This document shows, in pieces, positions 8,689 to 19,105 of a DNA stretch of 64,000 nt (positions are counted from its first letter, which is position 1; each line of letters starts with the position of its first letter). The stretch comes from Bacteroidota bacterium. GTDB lineage: Bacteria; Bacteroidota; Ignavibacteria; UBA10030; UBA8401. The notes below the pieces were generated by a model. The model saw only the letters and a list, made by a program, of their open reading frames with translations. It was not told where the DNA came from and ran no database searches. The translations under genes were made by a program, and so were the position numbers. Location of the stretch: the NCBI GenBank assembly GCA_030679145.1, contig JAUXTU010000047.1, positions 12,018 through 76,017 on the forward strand, in the 5' to 3' direction.

Positions 8689-11409
8689 TTACTTAATCAA
8701 CATCATTTTCTTTACCGAAGTGAACGAACCAGATTCAAGTTTATACATATACACACCTGATGCAAGTTTCGATGCATCGAGTGTTGCAGTATACGAACCA
8801 GCTTCTTGAACTTGATTTACAATGGTCATCACTTCACGTCCCAGAATATCAAACAACTTCAGGCTAACATGTCCCGCTTGCGGAATGCTGAACTTAATGT
8901 TCGTTGTCGGATTAAAAGGATTCGGATAATTCTGCGACAATTCAAATGTGTTGGCAACTAATGCATCTTGTTGAACACCAGTTGACGGTATGCCATACCA
9001 TGTGTACGACCAATTATACATATTTTGATATGAACTATTATTGTTCAGATGTGAATACGCAATAAGTCCTTCACGATCGTAAGTACCTGTTTTGCCATCA
9101 CGATCATTAACAGAGAAGTCAATCGCGATAGTCATACCAACTTTCGGAACGAATAAACTATCACCGGTATATAATTCTTGAATTCTTGTAAATGGTATTT
9201 TTGCTTCAATAATATATCCTGGCGTAAGCGTTTTTCGTTTATAGATATAATTTGGTCCGGTATACAAAACAGTAGGAACGGCTCCACCATGATCGTTGAA
9301 CAAACGCGATTCTGAAAAACGGAACATATGATCCGGCATCGCCCCGCGCTCATATCCTGCATGGGTCGTACCTTTTGAATCATACAATCCAATATTCAAA
9401 TCTGGTGTATCCTGCGCCCACGTAGCTGCTAAATTAGTTGTATCAACGGAGACAGTGTCGTCAACCACATCGAATGCGATGTAAAGATTATTCGCATCCA
9501 TTGCAACATATGCTTTCGCTGAAAGATCATTACTATCAGTTACCGGCTGGTACACTACATGTGCATTAAGCGAACCGGCTCTAAATGGATTGATAATAAA
9601 TGGTTGAATTCCTGCAGCTGTCCATTCACTAAGACTTCCATTTGCAACGAAACTTGCAGGTGCTGTTGTAGCAATTATCGGAGTTCCTTTTCCTTTATTG
9701 GTAAAAGGTCCTGCAACTGCCGGTTGGTTTATATTGTTGTTTGCGTCTTTTGCTGTTATACCATAATAGAATGATACGTTCTGATCGGTAACTGGTGAGC
9801 GTAATACATGTGCTGTTGTTCCTTGACCTGTAGCAATGTTAAACGGGGGAAGCTGGGATACTCCTGCATCAGAAGTTTTGGTAAATGTCTTAGTACTGTA
9901 AAAGACATTATACACAGCGCCAACTTCGCCTGGCACATCAGACCAAAGAACATTGTTTGAATATGGTGCGGACGTTAAGGCTGTAACACCCGTAACTAAC
10001 GCAGGCGGTGTCAAATCCGAAAATCTCGGATCTTCTCGTTTACCTGACGGCATAAGTGTGCTAACAAGAATTTCTCCGGTATATAAAAGACTCGCATTGA
10101 ATGGATCGCCGGCATATACATACGATGAAAATTCAATAAAATATGCACTGATCGAATCAGGATCAAACGTACCGTTGTTAGAACCATTTGTAGCATAAAA
10201 ACCGTCATATGGTCTAACATCGTGCTCTACCCAACTCCCCTTTAGACCGTTCAATGGCATTTTTACCATTTGCCAGCCAAGACCGAGTGCGCTTGAATCG
10301 AGCTTCACATCCATTCTGGTGTACCACGTATCGCCGCTTTTCTCTTTTAATATTAATCGTGCAATAACCTTATTGCTAAGAGTACCAGTGGATGATGTAA
10401 GCGGAGTTTTAACTTTTACAAATAATAATACATCTGTATTTAATGCAAGACTTGGTAAAACTGTTCCTGCGGGTAATCTTCTTTCTAAATTTGCATATCC
10501 ACCCCACGATTGTGCGCAATTTACTTGATACTTAATTGCTAACGCTGAAGGAGAGATTAGAGTATCCACTTTTTCTTCTGAAAGAGTAATTTTTCCATTA
10601 TCATTCTTCCCAAAGAAAAGTCCTGTTGTATCTGCAACAAAATTATTGAATTTAGTAATTGGCTGATACGCGTAATCCAGCAATTGCATATTATCAAAAA
10701 GTATCTCACCTCGTAAAACAGAATCAGCACCAAAAGATTGACCGCTGCTCCATTCAAATCCATATCTGACAATTTTATTTAATTCCAAAACCGGTTTCGA
10801 GTTTAGGTTTTCGTTCCAACCGGTGCGGCAAAATCCCAGGTCGTTTGGTGTACCATTAGCACCTCTGTCTACAAGCGGTATAATTAATTGTTTCCAACCG
10901 GCTGTGGTGTCGAACACATTCCACGAATCGAAAAACCATTGTTCAGTCGTACCTAATGTATTCCAATAATTTGTATTTACTCCCCCTTCATCAAGCCGAA
11001 TACGGAATAATACTTTTTGTTTTTTACTTGATGGAACAATGTTGTTGTACCATAAACTTAAAAACTTTGCGCCCCCAAAATTAAAGTATGACGAATCTCT
11101 AAATAGCGCACGATTTTGTTTTGCATAACGTGTAGTATCTATGGCTCGAGGACGATAAAACCTCATTGCTGCATATCCACCCCAACCTTGATCAGGTTTC
11201 ACACTCCATTTAACCCTCAAAGCTGTCGTTCCTTGTTTCGAACCACCGGCAATAACTGAGTCTTTTATATCCAGAGGTACCCCTGAAATTTGATCAAACG
11301 TAACCATTGAATCTTTAGCAACTGTTTCAAAACCGTTTAAAAGCCATTGGGCTTTCATCGGTACGGACATCGCCAAAGAAACGACGAGAAGTAACAAAAT
11401 CTTTTTCAT
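8689..11409 (-). CDS. T9SS-secreted multidomain protein: N-terminal CBM-like domains, Fn3-like region, CBM9-like domain, Por/T9SS C-terminal sorting domain. Paralog of 1653..4007.
   Basis: Signal peptide MKKILLLLVVSLAMSVPMKA. C-terminal about 400 aa near-collinear with the 784-aa protein (PDLNIGLYDS..., FVPKVGMTI..., NYPNPFNPTTNIKFSIPQAGHVSLKLFDILGREVMTIVNQ...KKMMLIK). Confidence 0.8.
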   Translation of the reverse strand: MKKILLLLVVSLAMSVPMKAQWLLNGFETVAKDSMVTFDQISGVPLDIKDSVIAGGSKQGTTALRVKWSVKPDQGWGGYAAMRFYRPRAIDTTRYAKQNRALFRDSSYFNFGGAKFLSLWYNNIVPSSKKQKVLFRIRLDEGGVNTNYWNTLGTTEQWFFDSWNVFDTTAGWKQLIIPLVDRGANGTPNDLGFCRTGWNENLNSKPVLELNKIVRYGFEWSSGQSFGADSVLRGEILFDNMQLLDYAYQPITKFNNFVADTTGLFFGKNDNGKITLSEEKVDTLISPSALAIKYQVNCAQSWGGYANLERRLPAGTVLPSLALNTDVLLFVKVKTPLTSSTGTLSNKVIARLILKEKSGDTWYTRMDVKLDSSALGLGWQMVKMPLNGLKGSWVEHDVRPYDGFYATNGSNNGTFDPDSISAYFIEFSSYVYAGDPFNASLLYTGEILVSTLMPSGKREDPRFSDLTPPALVTGVTALTSAPYSNNVLWSDVPGEVGAVYNVFYSTKTFTKTSDAGVSQLPPFNIATGQGTTAHVLRSPVTDQNVSFYYGITAKDANNNINQPAVAGPFTNKGKGTPIIATTAPASFVANGSLSEWTAAGIQPFIINPFRAGSLNAHVVYQPVTDSNDLSAKAYVAMDANNLYIAFDVVDDTVSVDTTNLAATWAQDTPDLNIGLYDSKGTTHAGYERGAMPDHMFRFSESRLFNDHGGAVPTVLYTGPNYIYKRKTLTPGYIIEAKIPFTRIQELYTGDSLFVPKVGMTIAIDFSVNDRDGKTGTYDREGLIAYSHLNNNSSYQNMYNWSYTWYGIPSTGVQQDALVANTFELSQNYPNPFNPTTNIKFSIPQAGHVSLKLFDILGREVMTIVNQVQEAGSYTATLDASKLASGVYMYKLESGSFTSVKKMMLIK

Positions 11410-11613
11410 AATAGTATTCCTTTGTGTTATGAAACTATTTGTGAATAATGTGAATTACAACAAACATCTATTACCCAACAATTTTTTGGCCTATTTTTTT
11501 CCCTTTCTTGGAATGAAATGATGTGTGAATGAATTAATTAATATGAATTATAGTTGTCGTTTATTGTAATAACTGTAGATCAATGTGTGTTCCACTAAAA
11601 ATATATCTAACTG

Positions 11614-12549
11614 TCAACTAACTTGAAATAATTGTTCGGAAAGCAATTGCTCCACCTCAGCTCTGTTTGGTACTGACGACTGTGCTCCTATTCGAGTTAC
11701 CGAAATTGCAGCAGCAGCATTCGCAAAACGAATCGCATCTCTAATACTATTACCATTTGCCAATTCTACAGCCAGTGCGCCGTTAAACGTATCGCCTGCA
11801 GCTGTAGTATCTATAGCGTTAACCTTGAATGAGCTGATTTTTTCGGAAAATTCTTTCGTAACAACAATTGCTCCTTTTGAACCAAGCGTGATAATCGCAC
11901 ATTCAATTCCTTTCTTAAGCAGTATTTCACCGGCACGCAAAGCATCATCAACATTCGAAATAGAAACACCTGTTAACTGCTCAACTTCGGTTTCGTTAGG
12001 AGTAAGAATTGAAATTTTTGAAAGCAACTCGTTAGGAAGATGTTGTGACGGAGCTGGATTTAAAATGATCCGAATATTTTTTTTATGAGCAATCTCCGCC
12101 ACCGCCATTATTGTTTCCAACGGTATTTCCAATTGCATTAATACTATTGATGCGTTGGAAATAACTTCTCGCACACGATGGATATCGGGAGGTAAAAGCC
12201 GTGCATTGGCACCAGATGCAACACCAATTGCATTTTCACCTTTACCGTCAACAAAAATAAGTGCAATTCCGGTCGCGACATCAGTATCTCTGGAAATATG
12301 TTGTACATCGATGCCGCATTCTTCATATCCAAGAATTGCATTATTGCCAAACATATCGTTGCCAATTTTTGCAACAAACGTAACGTTACCACCGCATTTT
12401 GCTGCAGCAACCGCCTGATTTGCTCCTTTTCCTCCTTGCGCTGTAAAAAATGTTCCACCGATTATTGTTTCACCGGGGCGTGGAATTTCCTTCATTTTAA
12501 GAATCATATCGGTATTTGAACTACCGATAACCACTATTGAATTATTCAT
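11614..12549 (-). CDS. rbsK: Ribokinase (PfkB family)
   Basis: VVIGSSNTDMILK, GGKGANQAVAAAKCGG, and the anion-hole and catalytic motif AAGDTFNGALAV. 311 aa. Confidence 0.9.
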   Translation of the reverse strand: MNNSIVVIGSSNTDMILKMKEIPRPGETIIGGTFFTAQGGKGANQAVAAAKCGGNVTFVAKIGNDMFGNNAILGYEECGIDVQHISRDTDVATGIALIFVDGKGENAIGVASGANARLLPPDIHRVREVISNASIVLMQLEIPLETIMAVAEIAHKKNIRIILNPAPSQHLPNELLSKISILTPNETEVEQLTGVSISNVDDALRAGEILLKKGIECAIITLGSKGAIVVTKEFSEKISSFKVNAIDTTAAGDTFNGALAVELANGNSIRDAIRFANAAAAISVTRIGAQSSVPNRAEVEQLLSEQLFQVS

Positions 12550-12618
12550 AGTGCATACATCCTTTGTTTTTTTTCTGATGATAGAACCCTTGATAATTGC
12601 TTATTGCTCATCTTGTTA

Positions 12619-13623
12619 TTAATTCGTTCTTGAAATAATGATTAACGCTATTCCGAGTATAAATAGAAGGAACATGGGAATAATTAAACTCTTGGTTTCC
12701 TTCCAAACATTTTTGAATTCTTTCCAAATGAATACACCCCAAAATGCAGCAACCATTGTAGCACCTTGTCCTAATCCGTACGATATTGCAAATCCGGCAG
12801 CGCCTGATGCAAGAATATTCAATGACATACCAATGCTCCAGATTATTCCACCCAAAATTCCTATTGCATGAAGACGCGGTGAACCTTTTTTGAAATAATC
12901 GCCAAACGGTACCGAATCTCCTTCTACAGGTTTTACCATTGCAATACTATTCCAAAGAAAATTCGAAATAAATATTCCGAACGAGAATACAACGACCGCT
13001 GTATATGGACTGTATTTGCCAATTTCTAAATTTACTGGATCAGCGGACATTGATGCTGCAACAAATCTGTAAAAGAACCCCATCAACACACCTGCGAGTA
13101 TAGAGAAAATAATTCCCTTCCCGGACGTTTTGTCCCCTTTCGATGCTAACTTTTTGTACGCCAATGCATCAAGAATAATTGCAACAACAACCGCTCCAAC
13201 CCCCACAAACAATAACATCGGATTTCCAACCGGCGCAGCCATATAATTTGTGATCACTCCAAGCACTAACGCCAATCCTACTCCAACAGGAAATGCAACA
13301 GCCATTCCGGCAACATCAATTGCAATTACTAGAAGTATATTCGAAAGATTGAATAATACACCGCCGAGAAATGCAGACCAAAATGATGATGAAGTTCCTT
13401 GAGACAAATCCTGAACAAAACTTCTGCCTTGCTCTCCATTACTTCCTAACGTAAACGCTAAGAGAACGGCAAAGAGCAAAACGCCGATTGCATAGTCCCA
13501 ATAAAACAATTGAAACTTCCATTCTTTGCTCGCAAGTTTTTGAGTGTTCGCCCAAGAACCCCAGCACAACATTGTGATGAAACACAACACAACAGCAAAC
13601 GAATATGATTCTACAATAAACAT
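12619..13623 (-). CDS. Polytopic membrane sugar-uptake protein (GRP/RbsU-GlcU-like family), probable ribose/glucose permease
   Basis: About 10 predicted hydrophobic segments over 334 aa. Position between rbsK and a GH3 gene. Sequence style of the GRP transporter family. Confidence 0.55.
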   Translation of the reverse strand: MFIVESYSFAVVLCFITMLCWGSWANTQKLASKEWKFQLFYWDYAIGVLLFAVLLAFTLGSNGEQGRSFVQDLSQGTSSSFWSAFLGGVLFNLSNILLVIAIDVAGMAVAFPVGVGLALVLGVITNYMAAPVGNPMLLFVGVGAVVVAIILDALAYKKLASKGDKTSGKGIIFSILAGVLMGFFYRFVAASMSADPVNLEIGKYSPYTAVVVFSFGIFISNFLWNSIAMVKPVEGDSVPFGDYFKKGSPRLHAIGILGGIIWSIGMSLNILASGAAGFAISYGLGQGATMVAAFWGVFIWKEFKNVWKETKSLIIPMFLLFILGIALIIISRTN

Positions 13624-13685
13624 TACTTCCTCCGTTTTTTTTTAGAAATTTTTTAGCAGCAGTGTTTCGTTTTTAGTATTCATCG

Positions 13686-15995
13686 TTACTCAACAACTTC
13701 AAAACTTGCTTCTTGAACATCTGATGAATTTGTTCCGACATATACTTTGAATGTTCCTGATTCAACACCATAATGCATGTCAATATCGTACATCGACAAA
13801 AGTTCCGGTGTTACAATAAAGTCAACACGTTTTGTTTCATCGGGATTCAAAAATATTTTTTTGAAACCTTTCAATTCTTTCACCGGACGAGTAACACTTC
13901 CAAATTCATCACGAATATATAATTGAACAACTTCCTCTCCGGCTCTGCTTCCACTATTTTTTACATCAACACTCACCATAATTGAATCTGTTGTTGTAAT
14001 ACTATGACTATTGAGTGATGGTTTTCCATAAGTGAACTGTGTATAGCTTAAACCATAACCAAATGGATATAACGGGGTAATCGGCAAATCAAGATATCGC
14101 ACACTATACGATTTTGGATCCGGATTTGAAGGTCTTCCGCTATTTTTATGATTATAGTGTATTGGAATTTGTCCGACAGTTCGTGGAAATGTTGTAACAA
14201 GTTTACCAGACGGATTGTAGTCACCGAACAGGACATCGGCAATTGCATTACCTGCTTCCATCCCAAGAAACCATGTTTCCAAGATAGCGGGAACATGACT
14301 GTCGATGTATTCAATCGTCAGTGGTCTGCCATTCATCAAAACAACTATGACAGGTTTCCCTGTTGATAGTAACGCTTTAATGAATTCTTCTTGAACGCCG
14401 GGCAAATTTAGCGATGAACGACATTTTGATTCTCCACTCATTACAGCCGATTCCCCCACAACAGCAATAACAACATCAGATCGTTTTGCAGTCTCAACTG
14501 CTTTTTTAAAACCTGATGTATCCAATGAATCAATCTCACAACCTTTTGCATAAATAATTTTTGTTGAAGACGAAACAGTTTTGCGAATTCCTTCCAATAC
14601 CGTCGTTACCTTCGTTGGATCTCCCAACGCATTCCAAAATCCTAATGGATTTGCCTTATCATCGGCAAGCGGTCCAACTACTGCAATTGATTTTATTTTT
14701 TTTGATAATGGGAGAAGATTCTTTTCATTTTTTAATAGAACGATTGATTTCTTTGCAATCTCTCGAGCAGCAATAACATTATTTGGATTTAGGAGTTCAT
14801 TCTTTTCACGAACACTATCGCAGTATCTAAATGGGTCATCAAACAATCCGAGAAGATACTTTACACGAAGAATCCTTCTTACCGATTGATCGAGGTATTG
14901 CTCATTGACTTCACCGCTTTTCACCAATGCTGAAAGTTGATGTTCATAAATAAAACTTTCCATATCCATATCGGTACCTGCAAGTAATGCTTTTTTTGCG
15001 GCTTGACTTTCAGAAGACGCAAACCCGTGGGTGCGCAATTCACCAACAGCTCCCCAATCGCTCACAACAAAACCGTCAAACTTCCATTCATTGCGAAGAA
15101 TATCTGTCAATAAATTTTTATTGCCCGTGCTGGGAATTCCATTGATCTCATTAAAGGATGTCATCACCGTTACAGCACCAGCATTAATTCCCGCTTTGTA
15201 CGGCGGAAGATATGTTTCAAGAAGTGTTCGGTGAGAAATATCAACGGTATTATAATCTCTTCCTCCTTCTGCACCTCCATACGCAGCGAAATGTTTTATG
15301 CAAGAAGCCATCGTATTGTTTGAAGATAGATCATTCCCTTGAAAACCTTTTACTCTTGAAGCAGCAACAAGAGAACCATAAAACGGGTCCTCGCCGGCTC
15401 CTTCCATTATTCTCCCCCACCGAGGATCACGAGCAATATCAACCATCGGCGCAAATGTCCAATGGAGACCTGCGGCAGTTGCTTCCCGTGCTGCAATGCG
15501 AGCAGATTGTTCAATAGCATCGAGATCCCAACTGCATGCTTCTGCCAATGGAATTGGAAAAGTTGTACGAAAACCATGGATAACATCAAACCCGAAGATC
15601 AGAGGAATTTTTGTGCGGGATTGAGTAACTGCTATTGTTTGTAATTCGCGTGTGATTGTTGAACCATACACATTCAAAAAAGAACCGATCCTTCCCTCTC
15701 TAATTGCAATTCGCTGTCCATCACTTGCTGCACTATTTGACGTATAATTCGCCGGGTCATGCCAATTCCATTGTCCGGTGGTTTGTGTCATCTGTCCAAT
15801 TTTTTCTTCTATCGTCATCGTCGCTAAAATTGAATCGATCTTTTGTTCTGTTGCTGATGATTTTTTATCTGCTGCCAGAAGAAACGTTACCCAGCACAAA
15901 ATAGCGAGCATAAAATATTTCATAAACAACTTTCTTTTTTGAAGAATTACCTTATCAACTATTGAACCGGCGATGCACGGTTGTAAATGATGCAA
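13686..15995 (-). CDS. bglX: Periplasmic GH3 beta-glucosidase (BglX-like). True start probably the internal Met at about 15923 (MKYFMLAILCWVTFLLA signal peptide).
   Basis: GFDVIHGFRTTFPIPLAEACSWD, and the catalytic nucleophile context FVVSDWGAV. Shows the GH3 N- and C-domain arrangement and a C-terminal Fn3-like domain. Confidence 0.88.
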   Translation of the reverse strand: MHHLQPCIAGSIVDKVILQKRKLFMKYFMLAILCWVTFLLAADKKSSATEQKIDSILATMTIEEKIGQMTQTTGQWNWHDPANYTSNSAASDGQRIAIREGRIGSFLNVYGSTITRELQTIAVTQSRTKIPLIFGFDVIHGFRTTFPIPLAEACSWDLDAIEQSARIAAREATAAGLHWTFAPMVDIARDPRWGRIMEGAGEDPFYGSLVAASRVKGFQGNDLSSNNTMASCIKHFAAYGGAEGGRDYNTVDISHRTLLETYLPPYKAGINAGAVTVMTSFNEINGIPSTGNKNLLTDILRNEWKFDGFVVSDWGAVGELRTHGFASSESQAAKKALLAGTDMDMESFIYEHQLSALVKSGEVNEQYLDQSVRRILRVKYLLGLFDDPFRYCDSVREKNELLNPNNVIAAREIAKKSIVLLKNEKNLLPLSKKIKSIAVVGPLADDKANPLGFWNALGDPTKVTTVLEGIRKTVSSSTKIIYAKGCEIDSLDTSGFKKAVETAKRSDVVIAVVGESAVMSGESKCRSSLNLPGVQEEFIKALLSTGKPVIVVLMNGRPLTIEYIDSHVPAILETWFLGMEAGNAIADVLFGDYNPSGKLVTTFPRTVGQIPIHYNHKNSGRPSNPDPKSYSVRYLDLPITPLYPFGYGLSYTQFTYGKPSLNSHSITTTDSIMVSVDVKNSGSRAGEEVVQLYIRDEFGSVTRPVKELKGFKKIFLNPDETKRVDFIVTPELLSMYDIDMHYGVESGTFKVYVGTNSSDVQEASFEVVE

Positions 15996-16025
15996 CGGTT
16001 AAAGAAAACTTGGAATGGATATATG

Positions 16026-17078
16026 CTACGAGTTCGTGTTATTAATATTTATTATCGCTGATAATTTTGAAACGCGAAGTACTGAATTTCTAATAATGAG
16101 AGAAGGTTCCAACAAAACACGACGGCTTTGTTCTTTTGGATTTTTCATTCTGCGAAAGAGTAGATTAACTGCTATTTCAACCATTCGTTCGATCGGCTGG
16201 GCAACAGCAGTAATTGCAGGAGATAGGTATTTTGTAAAATAAGGATCGTCAAAAGTAACGAGAGAGATTTCTTGAGGGATTATTTTTTTCTCTTCACGCA
16301 ATGCTTCTAATACACCAAGTGTTATAAGATCACTTGCAGAAAATATTGCGGTAGGAGGATTTTTCATTGAAAGAAGGTGTTTTGTTTCTATGTAACCATT
16401 AAACGCTCTAAAATCGCTGCCGACAATAATCGTCGGATCAATGGGAATCCCTGCAATATCAAGAACTTTGCAATATCCCTTTTTTCGCTCATCACTGGCA
16501 TACGTTCCCGGCAGACCTTGAATAAATGCAACGCGTTGATGCCCTTCATTAAGAAGGTATTGAACGGCAATCATTGCTCCATAAACATTGTCGACACTAA
16601 CAGCATCAACATCAAAGTCATTGAAACATCGATCAAGAGTAACTAAAGGAATCCCTCTCTTTACAATCTCTTTAAAATGCTTTGCTTCTTGTCCAACTGC
16701 GGCAATAATTAAACCATCAACACGTTTGTCTAATAGTTGACGAAGTGACTCTTCTTCGAGGGACGTATTTTCATCAGTGTCATAAACAACTGTTCCATAA
16801 CCAAATTTTCTTAATTCACTTGCAAGGTTCTTTACTATAGTTGAAAAGAAAGGATTTGAAATATCGGGTACCAATATTCCAATTTCATGTGTTTGTTCGG
16901 TTCTCAAACTACGAGCTATAATATTAGGTCTGTATCCAAGATCTTCAGCGGTTTTTTTTATGATCCGAGTTGTTTCTGCACTTATGGATACCTTTTGCGA
17001 TCCTTTGTGAAGAACTCTAGAAACAGTTGACAAAGAGAAACCAGTTTTTTGAGCAATATCTTTAAGTTTTGTGGACAT
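16026..17078 (-). CDS. LacI-family transcriptional regulator
   Basis: N-terminal HTH MSTKLKDIAQKTGFSLSTVSRVLHKG, followed by a periplasmic-binding-protein-like sugar-binding domain. Confidence 0.9.
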   Translation of the reverse strand: MSTKLKDIAQKTGFSLSTVSRVLHKGSQKVSISAETTRIIKKTAEDLGYRPNIIARSLRTEQTHEIGILVPDISNPFFSTIVKNLASELRKFGYGTVVYDTDENTSLEEESLRQLLDKRVDGLIIAAVGQEAKHFKEIVKRGIPLVTLDRCFNDFDVDAVSVDNVYGAMIAVQYLLNEGHQRVAFIQGLPGTYASDERKKGYCKVLDIAGIPIDPTIIVGSDFRAFNGYIETKHLLSMKNPPTAIFSASDLITLGVLEALREEKKIIPQEISLVTFDDPYFTKYLSPAITAVAQPIERMVEIAVNLLFRRMKNPKEQSRRVLLEPSLIIRNSVLRVSKLSAIININNTNS

Positions 17079-17227
17079 AATGAGACTCTTTCGTAGGTTT
17101 TAAGATATCGTTTGCATTAAAAAATCAACAAGAATACTTTTTCTATATTAGTAATCAATTTATTAATTGATATTAAGAAAATGCCCACTTTATTAAAAGA
17201 ATCTGTAATCTGTACAATTACTTTTTG

Positions 17228-17241
17228 TGCAATCGTTTGCA
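17228..17241. promoter_or_regulatory. Candidate LacI-family operator TGCAATCGTTTGCA (fits TGnAAnCGnTTnCA), about 150 bp upstream of the LacI-family gene
   Basis: Sequence read directly. The palindromic arms TGCAA/TTGCA flank a CG core. Confidence 0.4.
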
Positions 17242-17247
17242 TAATAT

Positions 17248-17296
17248 GTGCCAAAAAACCGACTCCTCTGATTTGTAAATTTTTGGCACTTTTTTT
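17248..17296 (+). terminator. Perfect 10-bp inverted repeat (GTGCCAAAAA...TTTTTGGCAC) followed by a T7 run. Terminator-like hairpin inside a 540-bp gene-free AT-rich region.
   Basis: Seen in sequence. No plus-strand CDS precedes it, so it could end a small RNA or leader. Confidence 0.35.
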
Positions 17297-17619
17297 GGGA
17301 AAAGACAAAAATATTATCAAAATGATATTACCATTATTATTATTCCGATAACATAGCCTTGTATTTCAAAACGCAGGTGGTAGTGAGAGTAATGCTGTAG
17401 TTTAGCTGATATATTGGCGGAGTGTCCAAATAAGGTTGGATTGCATCATTTACCATGATAATTATTTTGAATATCACATTGTTCATATAGTTTTTTCTAT
17501 AGAACAGTTCTGAAAATTCAATAATGCTTTCAATATTTTTTTTCTAGTCCTTTGGTCTTCGTAGCAAATATATATTTAATTATCGGACGTGATCTCGCAC
17601 TAAATCTAAAAAATATGGA

Positions 17620-18372
17620 TCAATGCTTTACTCTTGCCAACACATAAAATACTTTTTTCTTTACATCTCTCCATCGTGCGGCAATCTCAATATTTTGCAA
17701 TGTTACATCAACATCTTCATTGAATACATCCTGTGATTCAATCACATTCTTTTTTTGCATTGATTGAACTGAACTGTGTGCAGTACGAGCCAGCGACATA
17801 AGTGCATTATGTTCCGCCCTTTCCCATGAACTTGGTTCATAATAATATTCTTCCGATGAACCGACACCGTAGAAGTATTGTTTGTCTTCAGGAAGATCTT
17901 CAACCCATTTTGGCTGTTTTATTTTTGTCATTGATATCTTTTCTTTTACTTTGTCATCGATTATACAGATCGAAGTATCGCCTGCAAGTACGATCAATTT
18001 TTGTTTATCGAAGTAATAATCCAAAACGGTAAGTTTTTTCTGATAATATTCTGCCAGCGAAGAATCATAATTTTCTTCATAATGTGCACCCATTGAATGG
18101 GCACCTGCTTCTGTTGTCCAGAATGCTTGACCGCCGCTAATTTTTACATTGGTGTACTTTGCAAGTAAATCACAGCCGACTCTGAGTGCTAAACTTACCG
18201 CTGAATCACGATAAAACGTAGGAGATCTCATAACTGTTACGATTTTTGTTTTGCAACGTATTTGATCTTGGTTGAGAAACCAACTTGGATAAACCTGCGC
18301 TTTTGCAGTTGCAAACAACATGAACAACAGGACCAACTGTTTCATTATTCCCCCGTAAAATATAAACGCCAT
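17620..18372 (-). CDS. LPP20-like secreted protein/lipoprotein (start possibly the internal MKQLVLLFMLFATAKA)
   Basis: Motifs YPSWFLNQ and YFYGVGSS resemble the LPP20/FlgP-like family (PxWxxxP...YYxGVG). Confidence 0.5.
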   Translation of the reverse strand: MAFIFYGGIMKQLVLLFMLFATAKAQVYPSWFLNQDQIRCKTKIVTVMRSPTFYRDSAVSLALRVGCDLLAKYTNVKISGGQAFWTTEAGAHSMGAHYEENYDSSLAEYYQKKLTVLDYYFDKQKLIVLAGDTSICIIDDKVKEKISMTKIKQPKWVEDLPEDKQYFYGVGSSEEYYYEPSSWERAEHNALMSLARTAHSSVQSMQKKNVIESQDVFNEDVDVTLQNIEIAARWRDVKKKVFYVLARVKH

Positions 18373-18417
18373 CGAGAAGTATTTCCCGATGGCGTCATTG
18401 AAACATTCTTTAAATAA

Positions 18418-18984
18418 TTATTGACCTTTTTTCGATTCTTCATATTTCTGAACTTCATCATCAAGCTCTTTATATGTTTGTGAAGCACGGAAACGTGTAT
18501 ACATCTGTTCGTTCTTTTTGATCTGTTCTCGAAGAGCTTCTTGTGCAGCACCGAGTGGATATTCAACAAGAACATATGCGCGCCAGTTGTTGCCATCTTT
18601 TACGATCTTCTTTTGTTTCTCTTTTGAACCGCTTAAACTCGTAGAAACAACGGTCTTTGAAGCCTGAGTAAATTGATCGAGTAATTGTGCATCATCGCCT
18701 ATTCCGGTCTCTTCTGTGAATCGTTTTTGCAACGCATTGATCTTTACTTCTACTTGACGGCCAACTTCAACACGAGCTGCTTGTGTTGCTTTATCAACTG
18801 CGACTTGCATATCTTTTGACGTTGATGTGTTTACGGCATGCAAATAATTTGGATCTACCGGTTGGTTAAGGTACCAATCCGGAACATCACCGGTATCAGT
18901 TTTTTGAAGTGGTTCACTACCGCCGCATCCAACCAGCAACATTGCTACAAGTGCTGCAGCAACGAATGATTTCAGTATTTGCAT
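18418..18984 (-). CDS. LPP20-family lipoprotein
   Basis: Lipobox LLVGC. VPDWYLNQPVDPNYLHAVNTS... then a coiled-coil-rich C-terminus. Confidence 0.55.
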   Translation of the reverse strand: MQILKSFVAAALVAMLLVGCGGSEPLQKTDTGDVPDWYLNQPVDPNYLHAVNTSTSKDMQVAVDKATQAARVEVGRQVEVKINALQKRFTEETGIGDDAQLLDQFTQASKTVVSTSLSGSKEKQKKIVKDGNNWRAYVLVEYPLGAAQEALREQIKKNEQMYTRFRASQTYKELDDEVQKYEESKKGQ

Positions 18985-19105
18985 AAAACCTCCAGATAAT
19001 TATTGAAATGAAAAAGTGAGTTACAACGTTGAATTATGATAAATAATGATGAATTATGTTAGTGCGAATATAAATAGTTTCTCCTACAAAAGAAAGAGAG
19101 TATTA

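Noticed and set aside
17117-17320. 67-aa minus-strand ORF in the lacI upstream region
   Set aside because: AT-rich intergenic context. It overlaps the putative operator and hairpin and is probably not coding.
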